The notes under the pieces were generated by a model. It made no database searches, was not told the origin of the DNA, and saw only the letters and a list, made by a program, of their open reading frames with translations. Positions 1 through 6,448 of a stretch of DNA of 6,968 bases are shown one piece after another (the stretch's first letter is position 1; every line of letters begins with the position of its first letter). This DNA is from Octopus sinensis (Eukaryota). Made by a program: the position numbers and the translations under genes. Where the stretch lies: contig NW_021829193.1 in assembly GCF_006345805.1 (NCBI RefSeq), forward strand, positions 1-6,968, in the 5' to 3' direction.

Positions 1-142
1 GGAAAGTCTCTCTCTACGTGCCAGATAAAGCCATCATTTACATCTTACAATATACCTTGTGTTCTAAAACAAAGGGAATGACATTGGATGTTGTCTCAAC
101 GTAAGATGGAATAGGAATGATTGGGGCAGTTCCATCATAAAG

Positions 143-213
143 TGGCACTCCGTCAGTTGCGACGATGCGGACTCTAGGTGATCCGATCAACGGACCAGCC
201 TTCTCGTTTCCAA
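143..213 (-). mobile_element. 3' terminus of a family-1 SINE (5'-truncated copy) that seeds the adjacent minisatellite
   Basis: 143-157 TGGCACTCCGTCAGT matches 1177-1191 TGGCATTCAGTCGGT at 12/15. It continues into the first repeat unit, which is colinear with 1202-1245 of the full-length SINE. Confidence 0.85.
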
Positions 214-920
214 CGATGCAGGATCCAGGTGATCCGATCAACGGACCAGCCTTCTCGTTTCCAACGATGCGGGATCCAGGTGATCCGATCAACGGACCAG
301 CCTGCCCGTTTCCAACGATGCGGGATCCAGGTGATCCGATCAACGGACCAGCCTGCTCATTTCCAACGATGCAGGATCCAGGTGATCCGATCAACGGAAC
401 AGCCTGCTCGTTTCCAACGACTGCAGGATCCAGGTGATCCGATCAACGGAACAGCCTGCTCGTTTCAACGATGCAGGATCCAGGTGATCCGATCAACGGA
501 CCAGCCTTCTCGTTTCAACGATGCGGGATCCAGGTGATCCGATCAACGGACCAGCCTGCCGTTTCCAACGATGCGGGATCCAGGTGATCCGATCAACGGA
601 CCAGCCTGCTCATTTCCAACGATGCAGGATCCAGGTGATCCGATCAACGGAACAGCCTGCTCGTTTCCAACGATGCAGGATCCAGGTGATCCGATCAACG
701 GAACAGCCTGCTCGTTTCCAACGATGCAGGATCCAGGTGATCCGATCAACGGAACAGCCTGCCCGTTTCCAACGATGCAGGATCCAGGTGATCCGATCTA
801 CGGAACAGCCTGCTCGTTTCCAGCGATGCGGGATCCAGGTGATCCGATCAACGGAACAGCCTGCTTGTTTCCAACGATGCGGGATCCAGGTGATCCGATC
901 AACGGAACAGCCTGCTCCTT
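163..920. repeat. 51-bp minisatellite, ~15 copies (consensus CGATGCRGGATCCAGGTGATCCGATCAACGGAMCAGCCTGCTCGTTTCCAA)
   Basis: Units start at 163, 214, 265, 316, 367, 418, 469, 519, 569, 620, 671, 722, 773, 824 and 875 (last one partial). The period is 51 except for two 50-bp units. Units 2-15 each contain GGATCC. Confidence 0.98.
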
Positions 921-1176
921 TAAAAGGTATGTTTTGACAATCTAAGAACAGGAAATAACAACACAGTACCTTATTAACAAAGGTGATAAGAATGCAGGTA
1001 AAAAAAAAAAGAAAGAAAACTAGATGCGATAACAGGGGCAGACTGTGGAATTAACAAAGATGTCGCATCATAAGCATCAGTCAAAAGATTTCGCCACGAT
1101 CCTCTCTGAACATTAGGCATGATGTTAGTGACCAAACCTCTACAGAGAACAATCTATTGGAAGAATAATCCTGAAA

Positions 1177-1504
1177 TGGCATTCAGTCGGTAACCCTCAG
1201 ACGATGAGGGTTCCAGTTGGTCCGATCAACGGAACGGGCTGCTCATGAAATGAACGTGCAAGTGGCTGAGCACTCCACAGACATGTGTACCCCTTAATGT
1301 AGTTCTCGGAGAGATTCAGCGCGACACAGAATATGATGAGGCCGGCCCCCTTCGTATTACAGGTACTGTTAATTATTGCAAGGCTGAGTGGACTGGAGAA
1401 ACATGAAATGAAGTGTCTTGTTCAAGGACACAACACACCGCCGGGAATCGAACTCACGCCCTGTTACGATCATGAGCCGCATACTCTAACCACTAAGCTA
1501 TGCG
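1177..1504 (-). mobile_element. Near full-length tRNA-derived SINE, family 1 (CORE-like; octopus OK/OR-type)
   Basis: The minus strand has an A box TAGCTTAGTGG (1490-1500), a B box GTTCGATTCCC (1443-1453) and a CORE-like TGTGTCCTTGAACAAGACACTT (1411-1432). A 3' stem-loop GTTCC-GTTGAT/ACCAAC-T-GGAAC lies at 1210-1235. The 3' end is duplicated at 143-213. The family name comes from memory, and I cannot assign OK vs OR1 vs OR2. Confidence 0.85.
1443..1500 (-). promoter_or_regulatory. Pol III type-2 internal promoter (A box and B box) of the family-1 SINE
   Basis: TAGCTTAGTGG fits TRGCNNAGYGG and GTTCGATTC fits GTTCRANYC, with tRNA-like spacing. Confidence 0.75.
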
Positions 1505-1559
1505 ATTAGCAGACAGTTTGATCATAGGACTGTATAATCGGAAATGGCTTGGGGCTAAG

Positions 1560-1680
1560 CAACAACAACAATAACAACAACAACAAACACTACCACCAAC
1601 ACAACCACCATCACTACTAACGGCAACACAATACCACTACTAACACCACCACCACCAACAACAACAACAACAACAACAAA
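1560..1680. repeat. Imperfect (AAC)n/(ACC)n trinucleotide microsatellite
   Basis: CAACAACAAC...CACCACCACCACCAACAACAACAAC read directly from the sequence. Confidence 0.95.
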
Positions 1681-1700
1681 GGTATGAAGCTAATTTGAAA

Positions 1701-1733
1701 TTGCATTTCTGCCGAGGTTGATATTTCACTTTA
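1701..1733 (+). mobile_element. Short decayed fragment of a family-3 SINE
   Basis: TTGCATTTCTGCCGAGGTTGATATTTCACTTTA resembles TTCAAATTCCGCCGAGGTCGACTTTGCCTTTCA of the 3070-4755 units. The match is short. Confidence 0.4.
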
Positions 1734-2151
1734 AGGCGCAGGCGAGACTGGTAAGAAGCTTGCTTCCCAACCGCTTGGGTACGGGTTCAGTCCAACTGCG
1801 TGTCTTCTACTATAACCACAGGCCTACAAAAGCTTTCTGGGTGGATATGATATACGGAAACTGAAAGAAGCCCGTCTTATGTACATACATACATATATAC
1901 ATACACAAACACATCACACACACATGCACACATGTACATATATATGTACATACATACATACACACATATATATATTATGCGTGTGTGTGTGTGTGAGTGT
2001 GTGTGGTTATGTATGTGCTTGTCCTCTTCCACCGCTTGACAACCTTTGTTGGTTTGTGTATGTCCTTGCAACTTAGCAGTCTGGCCAAAGTGACCGATAA
2101 AAGAAGTACCAAACTTTAGAAAAGAAAAGTGCGGAAGTCGTTTTATTCGAC
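1734..2151 (+). mobile_element. Degenerate tRNA-derived SINE, family 2, with an internal CA/TA/TG microsatellite (1877-2010)
   Basis: The head 1749-1870 aligns with 4914-5050 (TGGTAAGAAGCTTGCTT.CCAACC...GGGTTCAGTCC.ACTG...TCTTCTACTA...GGGTGGAT...CGGAAA.CTG.AAGA). A B-box-like GTTCAGTCC lies at 1785-1793 and the A box is decayed. The post-microsatellite tail (CTTGACAACC...ACTTAGC...GACCGATA...AAGTAC...GTCG...TCGAC) matches my recollection of this octopus family. Confidence 0.8.
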
Positions 2152-2171
2152 AAAAAAGAAAAAAAAAACAT

Positions 2172-2470
2172 CCCTCAGTGCGTAACTGGTACTTAATTTA
2201 TCGACACCCGAAAGGATGAAAGGGCAAAGTCAACCTCGGCGGAATTTGAACTCAGAACGTAACTGCAGACGAGGGGACAAACAAGGACAGACAAACGGAT
2301 TAAGTCGATTACATCGACTCCCAGTGCATAACTGGTACATATTTAATCGAACCCGGAAGGATGAAAGGCAAAGTCGACCTCGGCGGAATTTGAACTCAGA
2401 ACGTAACGGCAGACGAAATACCGATAAGCATTTCGCCCGGCGTGTTAACGTTTCTGCCAGCTCACCACCT
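2172..2470 (-). mobile_element. Family-3 tRNA-derived SINE, head unit plus one partial headless unit (dimer)
   Basis: The reverse complement aligns to 3070-3357. It has an A-box-like TGGCAGAAACG (2449-2459) and B-box-like GTTCAAATTCC twice (2385-2395 and 2241-2251). Confidence 0.9.
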
Positions 2471-2620
2471 TCAATCTTTCTTATATTACTCGCTTAAAAT
2501 AGAAGGCTTACACTGAATAATTTAGTCCCTGGTGCACTTATGCCGGGAGGGAAACTGAATAGCGAAAGCTGCAATTAAGTTTCGTCACCGGTCTGTTTGA
2601 AGAAGGCTGACCTTGGGCTA

Positions 2621-2860
2621 AACAACAGCAGCGATACCAATACAGGCACCTCCACCACCCACCGCCAACACACACCTCCAATGTCTTTCATCAGCACAGC
2701 TAACGCCCGCCACCCCGTCCCCACTAACCGTCGCCTCCACCTCCGCCACCACTAACACTGCCGATGTCATCAGCAACGACACCCCTCCCCCACAAACCAT
2801 CACTCTCCACCACCACCACCCCCGCCGCCTCTTGCACTACCGCTTCCACAAACACTGACC
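2621..2860. repeat. Decayed C/A-rich trinucleotide (CCA/CAA-derived) low-complexity tract
   Basis: It is strongly C+A-biased with ACC/GCC/CAC/AAC triplets whose phase shifts, and no plus-strand frame stays open across it. Confidence 0.75.
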
Positions 2861-3069
2861 CACGCGGAATCCCATAGCTGACAGTTAATACAATCACCAG
2901 CTGTAGCAAGAACAACAGACGCTTACGTGATGGCTGTCACATAGGTAGTTACCTTTTGCTGACGTAACGCACCGGTGTTTGGATGGTAACCTGTCTCCAT
3001 GATGACATAGCTTCAAATGTATAAGTGGGAGAGCGTATGTGTGGACGCCAGGACATTGTGTGCGTTGTA

Positions 3070-4755
3070 TGGTTGTTGCAGAATCGTTAGCACGTCGGGC
3101 GAAATGCTTAGCAGTATTTCGTCTGCCGCTACGTTCTGAGTTCAAATTCCGCCGAGGTCGACTTTGCCTTTCATCCTTTCGGGGTCGATAGATAAAGTAC
3201 CAGTTACGCACTGGGGTCGATGTAATCGACTTAATCCGTTTGTCTGTCCTTGTTTGTCCCCTCGTCTGTCGTTACGTTCTGAGTTCAAATTCCGCCGAGG
3301 TCGACTTTACCTTTCATCCTTTCGGGGTCGATAAATAAAGTACCAGTTACGCACTGGAGCCGATATAATCGACTTAATCCGTTTGTCTGTCCTTGTTTGT
3401 CCTCTCTGTGTTTAACCCCTTGTGGTAGTAAATAAATAGAATAGGTATTTCGTCTGCAGTTACGTTCTGAGTTCAAATTCCCCGAGGTCGACTTACCTTT
3501 TCCCTTTCGGGGTCGATAAATAAAGTACCAGTTACGCACTGGAGCCGATATAATCGACTTAATCCGTTTGTCTGTCCTTGTTTGTCCTCTCTGTGTTTAA
3601 CCCCTTGTGGGTAGTAAATAAATAGAAATAGGTATTTCGTCTGTCGTTACGTTCTGAGTTCAAATTCCGCCGAGGTCGACTTGCCTTTCATCCTTTAGGA
3701 GTCGATAAATAAAGTACCAGTTACGCACTGGAGTCGATATAATCGACTTAATCCGTTTGTCTGTCCTTGTTTGTCCTCTCTGTGTTTAACCCCTTGTGGG
3801 TAGTAAATAAATAGAAATAGGTATTTCGTCTGCAGTTACGTTCTGAGTTCAAATTCCGCCGAGGTCGACTTTACCTTTCATCCTTTCGGGGTCGATAAAT
3901 AAAGTACCAGTTACGCACTGGAGCCGATATAATCGACTTAATCCGTTTGTCTGTCCTTGTTTGTCCTCTCTGTGTTTAACCCCTTGTGGGTAGTAAATAA
4001 ATAGAAATAGGTATTTCGTCTGTCGTTACGTTCTGAGTTCAAATTCCGCCGAGGTCGACTTTACCTTTCATCCTTTCGGGGTCGATAAATAAAGTACCAG
4101 TTACGCACTGGAGCCGATATAATCGACTTAATCCGTTTGTCTGTCCTTGTTTGTCCTCTCTGTGTTTAACCCCTTGTGGGTAGTAAATAAATAGAAATAG
4201 GTATTTCGTCTGTCGTTACGTTCTGAGTTCAAATTCCGCCGAGGTCGACTTTACCTTTCATCCTTTAGGGGTCGATAAATAAAGTACCAGTTACGCACTG
4301 GAGCCGATATAATCGACTTAATCCGTTTGTGTCCTTGTTTGTCCTCTCTGTGTTTAACCCCTTGTGGGTAGTAAATAAATAGAAATAGGTATTTCGTCTG
4401 CAGTTACGTTCTGAGTTCAAATTCCGCCGAGGTCGACTTTACCTTCATCCTTTCGGGGTCGATAAATAAAGTACCAGTACGCACGGAGTCGATATAATCG
4501 ACTTAATCCGTTTGTCTGTCCTTGTTTGTCCTCTTGTGTTTAACCCCGGTGGGTAGTAAATAAATAGAAATAGGGATTTCGTCTGTCGTTACGTTCTGAG
4601 TTCAAATTCCGCGAGGTCGCCTTTGCGGTCATCCTTTTAGGGGTGTCGATAAATAAAGTACCAGTTTCGTTTGGGGTCGATGTAATCGACTTAATCCGTT
4701 TGTCTGTCCTTGTTTGTCCCATTTATGTTTAGCCCCTTGTGGGTAGTAAAGAAAT
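3070..4755 (+). mobile_element. Family-3 SINE tandem array: one headed unit plus 8 headless ~190-bp units
   Basis: The head has an A-box-like TTGCAGAATCG (3076-3086). Units restart at 3262, 3445, 3632, 3821, 4011, 4201, 4389 and 4574 (periods 183-190). Each unit has GTTCAAATTCC and, in close variants, GAGGTCGACTTT.CCTTTCATCCTTTCGGGGTCGATAAAT.AAGTACCAG. From memory this central block resembles the Meta-type SINE domain. The array ends GTAGTAAAGAAAT followed by (TA)n. Confidence 0.95.
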
Positions 4756-4787
4756 GTATATATATACAAGTCAGTGCGCATGTGTGA

Positions 4788-4792
4788 TTTTT
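4788..4792 (+). terminator. T5 run, first strong candidate Pol III terminator downstream of the SINE array
   Basis: GATTTTTCTG lies about 33 nt after the array end. Within the array only two T4 runs occur on the sense strand. Function is inferred. Confidence 0.3.
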
Positions 4793-4903
4793 CTGTGTGT
4801 GCGTGCGTGAAAGGAAAAACTCTAAGTTCCTGAGTAACTCGTGTAGTATACGCAGCAAATAAATAAAAGAAATATATTCTGCTTTACACACTGGTATACA
4901 AAA

Positions 4904-5050
4904 CATGGCTGTGTGGTAAGAAGCTTGCTTACCAACCACATGGCTCCGGGTTCAGTCCCACTGTGTGGCACTTTGGCCAAGTGTCTTCTACTACAGCCTC
5001 GGGCCGACCAGAAACTTGTGGGTGGATTTGGTGGTCGGAAAACTGCAAGA
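4904..5050 (+). mobile_element. Family-2 tRNA-derived CORE-like SINE, 5' half
   Basis: It has an A-box-like TGGCTGTGTGG (4906-4916), a B-box-like GGTTCAGTCCC (4949-4959) and a CORE-like GTGGCACTTTGGCCAAGTGTCTT. It is homologous to 1749-1870 and is followed by microsatellite, as in that copy. Confidence 0.85.
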
Positions 5051-5079
5051 TCTTATCTTAACGGAAAATATATATAATA

Positions 5080-5080
5080 G

Positions 5081-5111
<31 letters not shown>

Positions 5112-5140
5112 TGTGTGTGCGTGTGTGTGGTGTGCGTGTG
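5080..5140. repeat. (TG)n microsatellite
   Basis: Read directly, with a few interruptions. Confidence 0.97.
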
Positions 5141-5143
5141 CTT

Positions 5144-5188
<45 letters not shown>

Positions 5189-5293
5189 AATATCTATATA
5201 TATATATATATATATACATGTATACATACAGAAATATATATATATATATATATAATATATATATTATATATATAATATATATATATATATATA
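5144..5293. repeat. (TA)n microsatellite
   Basis: Read directly, with several phase slips. Confidence 0.97.
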
Positions 5294-5411
5294 CTTCAGT
5301 GAAAACTAAACATATTAATTTTGCATTGATATATTATTCTTATTAATTATTATTATTCTTATTATTATTATTATATATCAATGCAAAATTAATGTTTACT
5401 TTTCACTGAAG
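5294..5411. repeat. Spaced inverted repeat (41/39-bp arms, 38-nt (TAT)n-rich spacer)
   Basis: 5294-5334 CTTCAGTGAAAACTAAACATATTAATTTTGCATTGATATAT matches the reverse complement of 5373-5411 with one mismatch and one 2-nt indel. Confidence 0.95.
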
Positions 5412-5475
5412 ACTGAAATAAACCGAACTAGGATATTAGCATCCCTTAAAGGATTAATGATCCTTGATAAAATTA

Positions 5476-5503
5476 TGTATGTGTATGTGTGTGTGTGTGT
5501 GTA
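5476..5503. repeat. (TG)n microsatellite
   Basis: Read directly. Confidence 0.9.
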
Positions 5504-5589
5504 TCTGTAATCTATATATGTAAAGTGAGGTAATAGTTTCACTATATATATAATATATACTTAGTGAATCCATATAAAAGGGAAACTAT

Positions 5590-5831
5590 TATATCACATT
5601 GCAATAGAGTCCTTATTTTTTCGCTTTTGATACGTAATATCGAAACAGCATAAGAGATTGCTCCGGGCTTGCATTAGGCAAGATGTTGAAAATTTTTATG
5701 GCGCAATACATTCCATGGACGCTACGCAGTGCATCAATATTATCTGAATGAAATCAGTTGGGTAGTTCTCGAGTTTTAGTGATGCACACATACACACACA
5801 CACACACACATTCTCAGTTTTAATGTATAGA
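5590..5831 (-). mobile_element. Probable non-autonomous Helitron-like (DINE-1/Lep1-style) element, 5' part
   Basis: The minus strand reads A|TCTATACATTAAAACTGAGAA-(TG)n-CATCACTAAAACTCGAGAACTACCCAACTGATTTCATTCA. A 5'-TC after A, an early GT microsatellite and an AACTA..AAC.GATTT block are the usual layout of such elements. This is by resemblance only, and the 3' boundary is uncertain. Confidence 0.45.
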
Positions 5832-5880
5832 TATATATATACATGTACACATGTATACACAAACATAAGCATACACACAA
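5827..5880. repeat. Mixed (TA)/(CA) microsatellite
   Basis: Read directly. Confidence 0.8.
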
Positions 5881-6124
5881 ATATAATGTCTATTTAGGCA
5901 CAAATAGCGCGAATAGCTAGGGGGTCTATTAAAAGATAATTGATAGCGAGATACACTGTTAAGTCGGGATACATATTGCCTTTTTGGTATTAATTCTCCT
6001 TCTATCGCTATTAACTATCTCCCGCTGGCGATATAAACACGAATGCTTATATGCACCACAAATCCATAAGAGAGGTTCTCTCATGAAAATAACGGATTAT
6101 TCTGTTTTAGCACATCCGCTTTAT

Positions 6125-6182
6125 GTATAGACACACACATATACGCATACATACATATATACATACATACGTACATACATAT
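6125..6182. repeat. (ACAT)n-type microsatellite
   Basis: ACACACATATACGCATACATACATATATACATACATACGTACATACAT read directly. Confidence 0.85.
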
Positions 6183-6289
6183 ATTCTGTAAATCTCTACA
6201 GAAGTTTATTATTTAATTATATATGAGCATGTCTAGACATGCAACTGTAAGCACGAGAATGCATACATAAGACAAAACGTACAAATCTG

Positions 6290-6339
6290 CACATATACTT
6301 ACATACATACAGACAGACATACATACATACATACATACA
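6290..6339. repeat. (ACAT)n/(ACAG)n microsatellite
   Basis: Read directly. Confidence 0.9.
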
Positions 6340-6445
6340 AAAATATCCTGTTGTTGTTGTTGAAATTCCAATGAAGGAGCCTTCGATCTAGGTTAGAAAC
6401 CGGCTCTTTCTCTATTGGCAAGAAATCTTGAAATAAAACTGAACA
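6340..6445. mobile_element. Possible interspersed-repeat fragment of unknown class between (ACAT)n tracts
   Basis: I recall ATCCTGTTGTTGTTGTTGAAATTCCAATGAAGGAGCCTT.GATCTAGGTTAGAAACCGGCTC as a recurrent octopus repeat. There is no second copy in the window to confirm it. Confidence 0.3.
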
Positions 6446-6448
6446 AGG

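Noticed and set aside
50-85. Possible minus-strand microexon (TTTGTTTTAG|AACACAAG|GTATAT)
   Set aside because: Splice-like motifs alone are too common, and there is no transcript or homology evidence.
163-920. CRISPR-like regular array
   Set aside because: There are no unique spacers, the units are contiguous near-identical copies, there are no cas genes, and the context is eukaryotic.
38-945. Overlapping ORFs on both strands with 17-aa repeats (e.g. MQDPGDPINGTACSFPT)
   Set aside because: They arise because the 51-bp unit is a multiple of 3 and lacks stops in several frames. The DNA is SINE-derived, frameshifted at units 6-8, and no frame is favoured.
1436-1507. tRNA gene with a CAT anticodon loop (CTCATGA) on the minus strand
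   Set aside because: The T stem and acceptor stem do not pair and the sequence runs directly into a SINE body, so it is a tRNA-derived SINE head.
2618-2915. Val/Gly/Ala-rich minus-strand ORFs, a mucin-like plus-strand reading, and a possible G-quadruplex
   Set aside because: This is decayed trinucleotide sequence with phase shifts and stops. The G-tracts of three or more are too few and too far apart for a canonical G4.
3262-4755. Retrozyme-type (hammerhead-containing) tandem repeat
   Set aside because: The unit size fits, but I found no CUGANGA...GAAA core on either strand of the unit. Other ribozyme classes could not be excluded by eye.
2216-4939. ORFs containing RRNLNSERN or MRNWYFIYRP (2216-2497, 2894-3211, 3285-3539, 4540-4722) and 4691-4939
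   Set aside because: They are antisense read-outs of family-3 SINE units and their flanks, and they break at unit indels.
5522-5600. Imperfect inverted repeat (TAATAGTTTC/GAAACTATTA core, about 16/19 paired) with nested TTCACTA/TAGTGAA
   Set aside because: It is real but short and AT-rich. By rough estimate a match of this quality is near chance expectation for a window this size.
5934-6020. 16-bp inverted repeat (5934-5949 / 6005-6020; 14 Watson-Crick pairs, one wobble, one mismatch)
   Set aside because: It is near chance level in AT-rich DNA and has no target-site duplication or other support.
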